A stretch of DNA of 64,000 nucleotides from Octopus vulgaris (taxonomy: Eukaryota). The position numbers and the translations under genes are program-made. This document shows, in pieces, positions 13,235-27,772 of this stretch. The first letter of the stretch is position 1. Each line of letters opens with the position of its first letter. Location of the stretch: NCBI GenBank assembly GCA_951406725.2, contig OX597829.1:56792001-56856000 (forward strand), given 5' to 3'. Below the pieces are notes generated by a model that was given only the letters and a program-made list of their open reading frames with translations, was not told the DNA's origin and did not search any database.

Positions 13235-13381
13235 ACAGTGCCTGGTGGCAGTGGCTGTTGCTGTTGTTAATTTTATTATCCTTATAGTTTCTTCTATAAG
13301 AACAATCGTGATTTTATTTCTTTAAGAAATATTGTTTAATTCTATTTGATTATTTATTTAACTATTATTGTTATTATTGTT

Positions 13382-13483
13382 GACCTGAGGAGTGACTATA
13401 CTTTTAAATTGAATTGTTTTTCAATTAAATTTAAATTTAATTGTAATTCAAATTGAAGTTATAGCCACGAAACGTACGTAGTC
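13382..13483 (+). ncRNA. Minimal type-I hammerhead ribozyme motif (same family as 47142)
   Basis: GAC-CTGAGGA-GTGACTATA...TATAGCCAC-GAAA-CGTACG-TA-GTC: palindromic stem III ACGTACGT, GUA site at 13478-13480. Confidence 0.78.
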
Positions 13484-14165
13484 TTTTTACTTATATATTG
13501 TTGATTCATTTTTTAAATACTTTTTGTGATCTAGTTATATGTTTTATAATATATTTTATTTTTTCTTTACGATTTGGTTTATGTCTATCATTGTTTGAAT
13601 AGCATAATAGTGGTTTTTTTCTCTAATTTATATATATATATATATATAGACAGAGAAAGAGAGTACGTGTGTCTCCTGTAGATCCAAATATTAGCAAATT
13701 TTAAATGATAAAACCTCTTTTCATATAAAAACTTTAATAAATTTTCTCTCCAAAGAGTTAAATCAGATTCTGTCATTTGTAATAAAAGATCAAAAACTAA
13801 CATTTTAGAGAAATTTAGAAGCTACATTGCTCCGGGTTCAGTCCCACTGTGTGACACCTTGGGCAAGTGTCTTCTACTATAGCCTCGGGCCGACCAAAGC
13901 CTTGTGAGTGGATTTGGTAGATGGAAACTGAAAGAAGCTCGTTGTATATATGTATATATATATGTGTGTGTGTTTGTCCCCCTAGCATTGCTTGACAACC
14001 GATGCTGGTGTGTTTATGTCCCCGTTACTTAGTGGTTCGGCATAAGAGACTGATAGAATAAGCACTGGGCTTACAAAAGAATAAGTCCCAGGGTCAAGCT
14101 GCTCAATTAAAGGTGGTGCTCCAGAATGGCCACAGTCAAATGACTGAAACAAATAAAAGAGTAAA

Positions 14166-14208
<43 letters not shown>

Positions 14209-14486
14209 ATATTTGTGTATCTTTGTGTTTGTCCCTCCACCATCGTTTGAGAACCGATGGTGGTGTGTTTATGTCCCTGTAACTTAGCAGTTCAGCAAAA
14301 GAAACTGATAGCATAAAGTACCAGGCAAAAGAGACTGAAAGAATAAAGTACCAGATTTATAAAGGATAAGTCCTTGGGTTGATTTGTTTGACTAAAACCC
14401 TTTAAGGCGGTGCTCCAGCATGGCTGCAGTCAAATGACTGAAATGATTGAAATGAGTAAAAGAGTAAGAAATGCATTAATATTTAC

Positions 14487-14621
14487 CTGTACTGACAGGC
14501 AAAGCTAATGACTGATCCATTTCAACACTAGTGATATTGTTGTCGGTTGGAAGAGAGTTAAAGCCAGATGTTATTGTAACTTGAGCACACTGACCATATA
14601 AATCTATCACAGCATAAAGAC
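14487..14621 (-). CDS. NEURL4: NEURL4 exon, end of NHR4 (GLYAVIDLYGQCAQVTITSG...)
   Basis: tacag|GT, G|gtaaa; 135 nt, phase 1 to 1. Confidence 0.9.
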
Positions 14622-14835
14622 CTGTAGAAGACAAAATACAAGTGTTAAAAGACAGATTAATGAACTGCAGATTGTGAAAATCAATAAATAATGATAATTT
14701 CTTTCATTTTCCAAAAGCGTGTACAATGATGGAAATAACAAAAAAAGAGTTAGATAACGTGTGGGGACTTACACAGAAATCTTATGAGATTAAAAAAGTG
14801 TATGTTGTATACAGAAGTGATGATAATGATTATAC

Positions 14836-15240
14836 AGTGCTCCTGATTCAGAACCCTACAGCTGCAAGATGAAAGGATCTGACTACCAAAGGCAAGGACC
14901 CTTTTCCAGGTATCCTTCTCTGAAATAGCCACACATGCATAGCAGAATAGATACACTCACTCATGCTACTTCCACTATGGCCACCCACCTTTTAACACAT
15001 TTACTGGAGGAGATCAAATCCCTCTCAAGCCATGTCTTCCTTTTCGAGTGTTTCTTAAAAAGGGCTTGACTGAAGAGGAAAATGTCTCCCTTCAGTGCTT
15101 TCAGTCATGTTCAATACTTCTTTAACCATAACCACAAGACAGGAAAACTGTTTACCCTTCATGGTAAAAAAAAAATATGGTCAATAGCCAGATGTGTCCT
15201 ACATGTGACAACAGCTGTTTGATGTAACTCCACAGTTCAA
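14836..15240 (-). mobile_element. Possible degenerate L1/Tx1-like LINE 3' end
   Basis: Fragmentary similarity to Tx1-type ORF2 C-terminus by eye only. Confidence 0.4.
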
Positions 15241-18168
15241 TAATGTTGAGGAATTACAAAGACATGGCTGTTGATTTTAAAACATTAAGATTGTTAACAA
15301 TTGATTCCATTTACAATTGGTACAACAGTGAAGAATACAGAATCAAATGACTTAAAGACTTATTCAAATGATAAGTTTTGAGATTAGGTGCCTCATCTCT
15401 AAAAAGTATATATTTTTTAAATGTTTACATTGCATTTTACACTTGAATGAAAAAGGGACCCCCTGAAGTACATTCTTGTTACCCTTCTGACTTACTCTCT
15501 GCATCTTCTACAGTAATGCTCTCAGACACATTGATCTATTCTCTTCTGGTGTAAGCTAGTAACACATGATCCACTGTTTCAGCATGTCTGTGTGTATGTA
15601 TGCACATGTACACACACACACACACAAACATACCTTATCTACCAGTCTACATACATAAAAAAAAAGCACATAGGCTCTCACTCACAATCAAGTGGACATA
15701 TAATTTAAGTGGACCTGCAACTAGAACGAATCAAAGAACTCTACAGATCCAAGCATGATATGCTTTCAAGAATTGTTTTAGGTTACTATGTAGTCATGGG
15801 CAGAAAGAGACACTCTCTCTCTGCCCTCCCATCCTTGATGCAGCAGCAGCATATCCAAGATGTGACACCCAGGGAAGGAAAGAGAGAGAGCGAGAGCTGC
15901 ACCAATACTCAACTGTAATTCATCCTCAGCCACACACACACACGCATACATAATGTATTTACTTTTCCTTTAGCGTTGGAGGAAACTTTCAACTACAATT
16001 AACCCTTTAATTACCATGTTTCTGTTGAAATCCACTGCCTTTGTTTCAATTCGTTTTGAAAGTAATAAGGAATTTACTAAAATAACTTAATCATTAATTA
16101 AGTCGATGCTTGGAACATAGATTAAGATAAAATTTGATGGAAGAAGGTTTTAATGTAGATCACTTTGAAATAGGAAGTTTGTATCATAGAATCAGTCTTG
16201 TGTGGGTTAGTAACAAAAGGGATTGAGAACTAAAGGCTCTGAAATTTAAATAATTTCATTTGCAAAAATTAATTAAAACGTCTCCTGCTATTATGATTGT
16301 CTACCAACAAATGTAAATACACACACACACATAGCAACAAGATACACATGTTCATACACAGGCACACACACACACAATGTATTCATTATGAATAACAAAT
16401 GACTAATAAATTAATAACATTTTGTTTCAACGATATATTAATCATACTAAATGCAAAAGTATTGCAACATTATATATGTAAAGTGGTCTATCCAGTTTAT
16501 GCCAGACTTTAATAATAATAATAATAAAGCACTACTTGAAACCTTTGTTGATTTATTACTTGCTTTCAAGTAAAGAATAACTAGTAATTAAGAACTGTCT
16601 GAGAGTCTTTCATAATAATAATAATAATAATAATAATAATTTCAAATTTTGGCACAAGGCCAGCAATTTTGGGGAGGGGGGTAAGTTGATTACATCAATC
16701 CCAGTGCTCAACCAGTACTTATTTTGTCAACCGTGAAAGGATAAACAGCAAAGTCAACCATGGCAGATTTTGAACTCAGAAGGTATTGACACATGAAATG
16801 GCACTGAGCATTTTGCCTGGCCTCCAAATGATTCTAATTGTCTTGATGCAGTACCAGGCAATGGCTCTCATGGCTTCTGATCTTAACTGATTGGAAGTGT
16901 TATCATGTACATTGTTTTGTCTTGGAATAAAAGATGGGCAACAGCAAATATTCTGCTCAATACCACAGATTTGCTTGTCAGTTGTTTGACCTTAACCAGT
17001 TGACCATGTCCCTTAGTGGCTGGCGATATGTGCATCTCTGATCACGAGCAGAAGTAGTGGGGGAGCATCATAGCCATGTGTTGTGAGGCATTCTTTGGGG
17101 TTTGGATAATTCATCCCTGGAAATATGGGTGTTTTGTTCATTATCCTTAAACAAACCCTATTAAGGGACTCGGCCTATTGAAAATTTTAACTGGGTCCTC
17201 ACCTGCAAGTTCATGTGCTGTTTATCTTAATACGAGACCACTATGTCAAACACATACAGTTGCGATGCATGTGCCTGGTGAACCCTCATCGGACAGGTAG
17301 TCATGATGGGTATACTGGGCTTCGTATATTTGTACTCCAGTGTCACTTTAGTGGCATGCACTGCTCTCTCACTCACTCACTCACTCAATAATGAATTTTA
17401 TAAGCAATACTTCTATGGATGGTTAAAGAAGAGCACTCATTTGCCTTCTTCTATAAGCTGCATGGCAGCATCACTAATGCACATGCCACAAAAAAACTAC
17501 CTGGTGTATGCTGTAAAGCGATTGGTGTTAGGAAGGGCATCCAGCCATAAAAGTCATATCAAAGTCAGATAGTGGAACTTGAACTAGTTGGAACACCCAA
17601 CCCATACTGGCATGGACCATGGACATTAAATGATGGTAGTGGTGGTGATGCTACTGCTACTGATGATGATGATGATGATGACGACAACAAGAACATCAAC
17701 ATTGCTCAAGAAATAAAGCATGTGGTTGGTGGCCAATTTGTTGAATGACAATCATTGTAAGGCTGCACAAGTTTATTATTTCAAACAACAAATGCATATC
17801 TCATTTGTGACAGATGGACATATTTCTTTTTAACTTTTTAAAATGTTACTTTTACAATGAGTTTCAATAACTCAATAACACTATTCCAGCTGTGACAATC
17901 CAGTCAATATATTTTTAAGTGATACACTGTGTAATATATTTAGTAAACAATATGTGAGTGAGATGTGTGTATAACAGACGGAATGAACAGAAGTCAAGAC
18001 ACGAGAATATATATTTTCTTTATTATTCACAACTGTCAGAGAAAGCTACTAAAGTGACTCAAAAGCTGGGCCAAGAGCTTCGAGCTGAATGACACTTGTC
18101 AACGTAGCACAAAACCAATGAAATTGCTAAGTATCATGAATAAATCTCTCAGCATAGTCATTGGGTCA

Positions 18169-18203
<35 letters not shown>

Positions 18204-19116
18204 ATATGTATACATATAAAAATACATACACACAAGCACACGTATTATCATCATCACTCAGTGCCTCTTTTCCATGCTGGCATGGGTTAGATGGTTTGAC
18301 TAGAACTGGTAAGCCAGAGAGCTGTACCAGGCTCCAGCCTGATTTTGACTGGATGCTCTTCCTAATGCCAACCACTTCAAGAGTGTATTAGGCACCTTTT
18401 ATGTGTCACCGGCATACACACACACACACACACACACACTTGTTCATTATAGTCCTCCAGGGAATAACAGAGGAATTAAAGTTGGGCTGCTCCTGGGAGC
18501 TCCTCTATGCTGTTGACCATGACCTTATAGCTGAATCACTACCAGAATTGAAGGAAAAATTTCAAGTGTAGAGGCAAGGTCTGGAATCAAAGTGCCTTAC
18601 AGTTAGACAGTATGGAAAAAACTTTGGTAAACCAATTCATCAATCATTTAATTGATTTTCTATTTAATTAATAATAAAACAGAAGTGAATTGTAACTAGT
18701 GTGTTTTTATTGGCAGCATGGCCCTTCTAAAATACAATACATATATATATATATATATCATCATTATCTAATCTCCATTTTCCATGCTGGCATGGGTTGG
18801 ACAATTTGACAAGAGATAACAAGTCAGAAAACTGTGCCAAAGTCTACTGTTTGCTTTGGCATGGTTTTTTTGGCTGGATGCCCTTCCTAATGCCAACCAT
18901 TTTACAGAGTGTACTAGGTGCTTTTTTACATGGCCCCAGCACTTGTAGGGTCACTAAATAACAAGACAAGAACCCTCAACTGAGGCTGGAGTAGCATGGA
19001 GGGAAGTGGCTTCGTGCCAGGCGATGAAAGATGCATGTGTATGTGTATACACACACAAATTAGAATAACTAAAATAAAATTAAATATTATAAAGATTATA
19101 CGATATATTTACATAC

Positions 19117-19286
19117 CTGAAGGTAAATCTCTGCACACTACACCTTGATCTACTCCATTTAAATAATAATGTAAATTTCCTTCAGGTGTACGCATCATTC
19201 CGATTCGAGATCCAACAGAGACACAATCCAAATCAAGAGGGTAACCGTTACGTATAGTAGTACCATCCTGCATGATGGCAGAACCA
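19117..19286 (-). CDS. NEURL4: NEURL4 exon, NHR4 ([21 protein letters not shown]...[11 protein letters not shown])
   Basis: tacag|T, G|gtatg; 170 nt, phase 2 to 1. Confidence 0.92.
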
Positions 19287-19708
19287 CTGTAAAAAGAAGA
19301 CAAGTATAAAAAAAAGATTTTAAAATTAATAAAACAGAAAACATAAATATTTGAATAAAATATTTTCAAATGGTTGTATATATTCTTTGTTTTGGTGATT
19401 TCAGTCATTTGACTGCAGCTATGCTGGAGCACCACCTTAAGAGGATGTTTCAGGGTCTAAAGAAACACACACACACAGAGTCCATCATTTACCAAATTCT
19501 ATTCAAAGGGTATTAATAACCTAAGATTATAGTCGAAAACACTTATCCAAAATGCCATACTGTGAAACTGAACCCAAAATCACCTGGTTACAGAGCAAAC
19601 TCTTTAAGCACACAGCTGTATTTAGGCCTACAACAGATGAGACACAACAACAATAGACAAGGAAAAGCAAAGTTGCTTACTAATTGATCCATCATGTTCA
19701 TTTAATTC

Positions 19709-20040
19709 CAGGATTGTAAAGAAAAATGAAAAATTTTTTAAATTAAATCCCTTTACAATTTGAAATTGCGAGAATTTGGAGTATGAAAACTATAAAGGTT
19801 TTGTCTATAATAATTGGTGCATTGGGAACTGTAAGCAAAGACATAGACAAATGGTTGAAGGAGATCGGAATAGAATGTCCTGTAGCTTGCCTCTTGGTGC
19901 TCAGAAAGATAACCAAGAGGGTTTTAAGCACTTGAAAGATTATTGGAAACTTGTGGATACTTAAGGTTACATACACGTAGTAACCCTCTACCCACATAAA
20001 TCCTACCAGGAATATGAATGAGCCTGAGTCAAACTGAATA
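19709..20040 (+). mobile_element. R4/Dong-like (RLE-encoding) non-LTR retrotransposon 3' fragment
   Basis: Plus frame LQFEIARIWSMKTIKVLSIIIGALGTVSKDIDKWLKEIGI...RVLST* (stop 19933-19935) is typical of a restriction-like endonuclease C-terminus; 3' end runs into a short (AAT)n. Confidence 0.72.
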
Positions 20041-23000
20041 ATAATCCTTTCTACAATAAGCACATGGCTTGAAATTCTGGGTACAAGGGGTTGATTGATT
20101 AGCTTGACCCTAGTACTTGTTAGAGGAAGGGAAACATGGGGAAGAAATAAAATATATTTTTAAAAGGGGAGGAGAAAAAGTAGTTGTTGAGAGAGAAATA
20201 CAGTGAAAGAGAGTATGTGTGTGTAAGACAGGTAGGTTGTGTGGTTACTATTGTAACTAACAAGTTTTGATTTAAAACACGGGAATCTTAAGTGCAAGTC
20301 TGTCAACACAACGCATCACACTTTAAAAAAAATGTACATATATATATAATATAGTTATTTTTTTGGTTGTTTGTGTGTGTCTTGTGTTTTTGTGTCTTTT
20401 TTTGTGACAGACTTTATAAAGAATGACTTTCACTTTCAATAGAAATGGGAGGAGAAAAAGTTGTTGAGACAGAGAGGGGGTGTGGGAGAATGTGTGTGTG
20501 AATAGATAGTGTTGTCACCATAGTAACTAACAAATTTTGATCAAAAACAGGAATTTTAAGTGCAACTCAACACAACACAGACTTCAAAAAAGATATTTGT
20601 AGTTATTTTTTAGGGTTACTTGTATGTGTGTCTTTCAACATACAGACAATGCAACACATACTTCAAATAAGACTTTCCCTTCAAACAATTTACAAAGATA
20701 CACGCATGACTAACAAATAATTTTACTGGCAGCATAGTGATGGACAATGACCTCATAATAATAATTTCTACTAATAGACACAAAGCCTGAAATTTTGTGG
20801 GAGGGGACCAGTTGATTACATTGAACCCAGTGTTTCACTGGTACTTAATTTATCGATCCCGAAAGGATGAAAATGCAAAGTCTACCTAAGTAGAATTTGA
20901 ACTCAAAATATAAAGATGAAATGATGCTAAGAATTTTGCCTGGTGTGCTAACAATTCAGCCAGCTTGCCACCTTTGTAATAATAATGATGATGATGATGA
21001 TGATGTAGTGAAAGAATGTATGAAGAGCATGTGCCAATATGTAGTGGAGTGGTGGTGGTGGTGGCGGTGGGGGAGAAGGACACATTTTAACAAAATAAAT
21101 TTCCAGCAGCACTTTATATGGTTTCATTCATAATACTGGACTGGCAGAATCATTAGACGATTCTCGTCCCGAGTTCAAATCACGCAAAGGTCACCTTTGT
21201 GTTTCATCCTTCTAGGGTCGATAGAGTGTGTGTGAGTGTGATGACTGCATTATTGCCTCATCTTGTCAGATGATAGCCGTCTCACATTCCTTATCTCCTT
21301 ATCTTGATTCTACTAACACATTTTTCTGAGTTAAAACAACAATAATCATAAATGTCGCTATGGGGGGGGGGATGTAAAAATGCTAGAAATAGTAGCCAAA
21401 TTTCCCTTATAATCATAAGAAGTGATACACTGAATAATGTTTTGTACATATCCACCTCCAAAAACGAGATGGTCATGGCTGGAGTGCCTTTGAAAATATG
21501 TCTGTTCAATCTGTGCCAATCTGGAGCTAAACAGCAGCAACTACAACAATGATTCTAAGAACAAATTACAATCTGCTCCCTTTATATTGGTGACTGAGAA
21601 CTGTTTTCAATGGACATTAGCTAAATGGAGGACTTTGAGAAAATTATTGATGAAATGAGACGAATATGAGTGTAAGGTTAGACAATTATATCATAAGTCA
21701 TGGCAAAAAAGTTGCAGGAAAAAATGAACAGGGAAACAGTCACATGTAATGCCATCGTATATAAACTGTGTTGTCAATGTGTACAAGTAATACATTGCCA
21801 GTTAATAACTGATTGAAAATATTTAGTTTCATTACTTTAACTGTTTATGGTACTTTAATTGTTAATAAATTGCGACTGACTTGAATATTTTTGTTTGATT
21901 AACTGACTTTCTTTCCTAGACAAAACTGTGACTTTTTTTCTGTGATTTTATTACTGGCCACCATAAATTGTAACTTTTTTTCACCTGTGACTTTATTACT
22001 GACCATACATATTATGTATGGCTTATATAAAGGAGAGGCAAATTAATTAGAGCTGAGAGCAATAAATTAAGACAAAATCCCAAATCAAAGAATTAGACAA
22101 GACCATCTATGCAAAAATTTCAAAAGGGAAACTGATAAACACAACAATGAAATAAAAAGGAAAAGAATTCAACAGAAGATTCAAATTAAAATGAAAAATG
22201 GGCCTCAGTGCCACATTTAAGAAAATAGGTTTAAAAACACTACCCAATCCTGGAATTAAAAAAGGAAAATAATTACAAGATTGTTCACTGTATTCTAAAT
22301 ACCTGTCTTGCACGCATGCAAAACAGGACTTGATACAATGATAAAATAATACATAGTGATGAGAGTGAAATTTGAAAAATAGAAGACAGCAAAAGGAAAC
22401 CAATTACAGAGTAATAAGGAAACAAAATATGTTTCCCAATATATGAGGAACAAAGAATAAAATAGAAGCTGACTGCACATGAGACAAAATTTTAGATAAA
22501 GCCAACAAAAGAAAAGGTTAAAAAAACAATGTTGCTTTTCATTTAAATTCCACAAATAATGGTTTAAATGTCATTAAATAATTTTATTAACTGACAGCAC
22601 ATATAATAATTCTAGTTTGCACCAGGAATGACATTTGGCCGTAAAACAAAGCCTCAAAAAAATTATTTAAATCCTTATTAGTATGATGTGGAGACTTTCA
22701 CAGGCCCCAAATGGCTAACACTGCTTTAGTTGGAAAACTTATAATTGTTGTCATTCACATACAGGAAAAATTGTGATTTATTTGATATTTTAAATAATAT
22801 AATGAAATAAGAGGAAAAAAAATCCCATTAAACAAATAATTTCCTGAGACTTATTAATTATCTTTATTCAAAATTTTAGCTGAAATTCAGCCAAATCAAT
22901 GTCACTATGATACAAGGATCTGGAAAAACTTCAGAACACTAATGTGTTATGAGATAATTAAAATATTTTAAAACAAAAAAAATTAGATTTTACAAAATTG

Positions 23001-24334
23001 AATTAAGAAATTTTAATATAACTATTAATAAACATACATTGCATAGGAAATGTTTGTTTACAATTTGTTGATAAATGGGTCACCGTGAACTAATTATATT
23101 TTCCGTCATTAAACAAAAATTGAAATAAGTAATAATGATTTTTAACATTGGTACTTATCTATAATTTAACATTAGTTACTTATATATAATTATTTTTGAA
23201 CCGAAATTTTCTTTTTTCCATTTATTGAATTACTATCTACATTTCTAACATGGAACGGAAAGAAGCACCATTTTCAAATATTTCACACAAATCTAAATCT
23301 CTTGCACCATTCTGTTTCTTTCACTTTTCGATATTTCACAATAAGTTTGTGCCTTGTTTCTAAGATATTCGTAAATATGATGTGGATTCAAAGAATTATG
23401 TGACTCTCAGAGAAGGCTCTTCTTGGCTATCAATCCACATAATAATGGTTCAACACAGAGAAGTGTAATGTGGAGTGTGCAGAATATAAGCCGTAAAAAG
23501 TCAGGAAGTATAGGAAGTGAATATATATTCATTTTTAAACAAGTGCCATCTTTGGGATTACAACCATTTCACAACCTTCTTCAGTGTGCAAGAAATCATG
23601 TTTACATGTCTGCATTAATTAATGCTTTCTCAGCATTATATAATTCAATTGTATATCAACAAATCAATACAAATAAAGAAAGCTAACTCAACAGATCACC
23701 AACACATCGTAGTTACACCAATGATTCAACTCAGAAATTAATACTACGTAAAGAACATTGTAAAGTGGCCACAACCTTAAGGATGTCATGTGGTTAAATA
23801 AATATAGATTCACCTCTCATACCTCCTTGTATTTATGGTTTGTGTGTGTGTATGCAATGTTGGTCACATGGAAATAACAAGTTTATCATGTGTATAAAAC
23901 ATAACTTCAGTCCAATCAACAATTTTTGCCCACATGGTAGTCTGGTGGAATGACTAGGACTTTCTGTGAACAGAGTCTACAAATACAGCTCATTGTAGCA
24001 CAAAAAAGGCAGAGTGATTTGGTCCTTGGTGGAGTTCATACTTGACTCATAGCTGTTCTCACAGCTGCATATTCAAAGCATTTTGGTCCTTTTGGCTACA
24101 CATATCAAAACACTGAGTCTCAAAGGGGTTAAAAAGAGGCCTTTCTTCATGAACATGTTACATACATATAAACAGCAAATTTTGGGTAAGTATAATTGAT
24201 CAAGCCTCAGCAGAGGAGCAAAAATATAAACATTTGTGTGAAAAGAGCTCAGTTGATTGACTGGAACTTAATTATATAACTGATATTTCTTTTTATCATC
24301 CTTGAAGGATTTTAAAATTGGAATGTGGAAGAAT

Positions 24335-24686
24335 CAGGGCTGGATTAAGACCCATAGAGGCCCAAAGCACTTAAAAGATTTTGGTGCTCCCATATATAGG
24401 TAATTCAAAATATAACCATGAAATAAAGTTTCAGTTTTCAAAATGAAACAACACTAACAGTAAGATGTTTATTTTGTATACGCCCACTTTATTTATATTT
24501 GAAATGCTTTCTCTTTTTTAATTGCAAAGTCTTTGATCAGAACCTCAAAATTAATCTGCTTCTAAACTTTATCCCAAATATAATTTTAGCAAGTTTAAAG
24601 TGATTTCTTTTGTGTCGTAAACCATTTACTATTTCTTTGATGCCCTAAGAATGTGCTTATTTTGCTTAATGGTTAATCCAGTGCTG
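24335..24686. mobile_element. hAT-type MITE
   Basis: TIRs CAGGGCTGGATTAA / TTAATCCAGTGCTG with a perfect 8-bp TSD GGAAGAAT (24327-24334 and 24687-24694). Confidence 0.88.
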
Positions 24687-24769
24687 GGAAGAATGAAACT
24701 AAAAACTGTAAAACAATATCTGATGCTATATTATTTCGGTTATTCACCTTAAGGCTAATTTGTTACTAA

Positions 24770-25640
24770 TATTAATTGCTTCTATTTGCAGAATTTGAAG
24801 CAGAATTGGAAAAGAAGTTTCAGGTTTGGAAGCAAAACCTGGAATCAAAGGGCCTTAAAGTTAACTTAGCTGAGACTAAAGTTGTTGTTAGCAAGAAAGG
24901 AGATAAGGCTTTCATTCTGGCTGGCAAACGGCTCTGTTCAATATGTAGGAGAGGAGTGGCCAAGTGTAAGCTATTGACGCACAAAAGATGCAGTGGAATT
25001 ATGGGAAGATAAGGTTGCTTTCGTGTGTGGCACATGTGCAAGAACAGTAAGTACTAAGAGCACGAGGGACTTAAACTCACTCAAATGCCCAAGAGGTTCT
25101 CTTGAGGTAGTAGACAGTTTCTGCTATTTAGGTGGACAAATTAGCCAAGGTGGTGGATGCTCTGAAAGTATTGTTTCTAGAACAAGAATAGGATGGAGGA
25201 AGTTCAGAGAACCACTACCTCTGTTGGCAACAAAAGGACTCTCTCTCTCTCTCAGAGTATAAGGTAGATTGTATGATGCTTGTGTGAGACATGGGCTCTG
25301 ACTGCGGAGGACATGCGTAGGCTGGAGAGCAATGAAGGTAGTATGCTCCACTGGATTTGCAACATCAGTGTGCATGTATGACAAAGTACAACTGTGTTGA
25401 GAGAAAAGTTAGGCATAAGAAGGATTAAATGGGGTCTGCAGGAGAGGAGAATGTGTTGGATGGACATGTGATGAAGACGGCTGTATACAGAAGTGCTGGT
25501 CACTGAAAGTGGATGGCACCTGTGGAAGAGGAAGACCCAGGAAGGCAAGGGATGAAGTGGTGAGGACTGATCTTAGAATGTAGGGGCTCATGGAGGAAAT
25601 GATAGTGGACCGAGATGTTTTAGAGAAGACCTGTCCATGA
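24770..25640 (+). mobile_element. Degenerate RTE-clade LINE fragment
   Basis: ORFs 24776..25012 and 24993..25262 (WKQNLESKGLKVNLAETK; VVDSFCYLG; TKGLSL) resemble the 60 kb RTE copy. Confidence 0.82.
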
Positions 25641-27115
25641 AGCTGAGTGCTAGATGAGTTGTGTTCGACCCACTCTACCCTAAGAAATCAAACTACAACT
25701 CCCTCTTCTAACTGCATCTTTCTCTTCCTCGCGTTTCCTTTGCATAAATCACGATTGTTTTCCAATCCCTTTTCTTGCCCTCACTGCCCTGCTCACTGTA
25801 TCACTGTTCCTCACACCCTATTTTTCTGACCCGGTTCCACACTCATATTCTTGTTACTTGTGAGTATACCTTGGCACTACACATCTCTCTTTCACCTTTG
25901 CTGTTTCCTACTCTCTCTGTCTCTCTCTCTGGCCAGGTAACCAAGTATCACCTTTACATCTGCACACCTGTTTCAGATCTCTTTCTTGTATCTCTCTCTC
26001 TCATTATCTCAATGGGTAACCATGTATCTCCTCTGTAGCAAGACACCTGCTTCTGTCTCTCTGTCACACTCTAACCTTTCATCCTCTGACACAAGTTCCC
26101 CTCCTCAAATGCCCTGCCCTTCTCATAATTCCTTGTCTTGTGAATTACTTGGTTACCCTGTCAGTGCTGGTGCCGTGTTAAAAGCATCCAGTCCACACTG
26201 TAATGTGGTTGGCATTTGGAAGGGCATCCAGCTGTAAAGATTTTGCCAAAACTAACATCGCCTCTGCTAGTGTCATGTAAAAAGCACAGAGTCCACTCTG
26301 CAGAGAGGTTGGTGTTAGGAAGGGCAACCATTCGTTAAATCCCTGTCAAAACAGACACAGTAGCCTAGGCTAGTTTTTCCACCTGGCCGGCTCCTGTCAA
26401 TCATCCCACCCAAGCATGCATGGAAGATGGATGTTGAATGATGATGATGATGATGATGATGATTTCTCTTGAAATTCACTGGAAATGATTTCAGTTAATT
26501 TTGAAAATAACGAAGAATTTATTAAAATAACTTTACCATTATCAAGCTGTTGTTAAGAACATGAAACTTTGATAAGGAAATCACGAACCTTCAGACTTGG
26601 GAATGGAGATTTACAACTGCCAGCATTTATAAGCAAGGCATATGAAGAGAGAGAGAGAGAATAGGATATGTAGAGGGGAGCCATGTTGAGACAGTAGTGA
26701 GAACATCTGACGGGGGTAGAGATTGGTGGTAGAAGAGTGAAGGTTTGATAATGGAAGTGACAAAGACTTCAAGAGAGGTTTGAAGAGTTAGCTAGCTGGT
26801 TAAGAATAATGGATAAGTGATGATGTAATACTAACTGGCATCAATTGTCCAAATTAGCAGAACAGCAGTGTTGGTGAGAGAGCCTGTAACAGAATTGTAT
26901 GGTGAACTTGATCAGTCCTGGCACAGTTTAACACAATCACCTTGTAAGGTAGTATCTCAAACAGAGTTTACTCTGTCACAAGAATTTGGGCCATGACTTA
27001 AGTCTGGGGATAGTTACCCCCTTTCCTCTTGCCAGGCTTGGACACCCTGAGAAAAAAGTAATGGGGCACTATTCTTCTTTCTTTTATTGAACCATAAAAA
27101 CAAAATAATAATTAC

Positions 27116-27194
27116 CTCAACATCCATGTATCATATTCAATGTCAGTCATAGTAGCAGGAAACTTTAACTCTTCAGGCTTTATCAAGGTCACAC
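27116..27194 (-). CDS. NEURL4: NEURL4 exon, NHR4 ([26 protein letters not shown])
   Basis: atag|GT, AG|gtaat; 79 nt, phase 1 to 2. Confidence 0.92.
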
Positions 27195-27489
27195 CTATAA
27201 GCAAAGGTAACACTAAATTTTTAATGATATAATATAGAAAATATTCAATAGGAACACACTGAATTTTGCAGCAAATTTCTACCAGACATTTTTACATTTA
27301 CGAGGGGATCTATACAGTAAAATATACATATATTGCTATATAATTGTTTGTTTTTTCATGCTAACATAGATTGAACAGGGACTTATTTCAGACAAAATTT
27401 TCTGGTTGGATACTCTTCTTATTTTCAATCCTAATCTCTTTACAAGTAAAGAATTCATTCTTTTTATTTATCAATAAGGAATGTAAACA

Positions 27490-27740
27490 TCAGCCTTCTC
27501 TGGCCCCTGTGCTGGTGACACGTAAAAAGAACCCACTACACTCTCAGAGTGGTTGGCGTTAGGAAGGGCATCCAGCTGTAGAAACACTGCCAGATCAGAC
27601 TGGAGCCTGGTGCAGCCTTCTGGCTTCCCAGATCCCAGTTGCACCGTCCAACCCATGCTAGCATGGAAAATGAATGTTAAACGATGATGATGAATGATGA
27701 CACACATAGATATATACATACACACACACACACCTAGATA

Positions 27741-27772
<32 letters not shown>

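Noticed and set aside
16850-17390. GC-richer block that looks like an interspersed repeat
   Set aside because: Single copy in the window and no interpretable protein or RNA motif, so the class cannot be assigned
22020-23720. A-rich, repeat-poor stretch that might be a decayed Helitron or DNA transposon
   Set aside because: No recognisable motif, termini or intact frame; cannot be supported without a search
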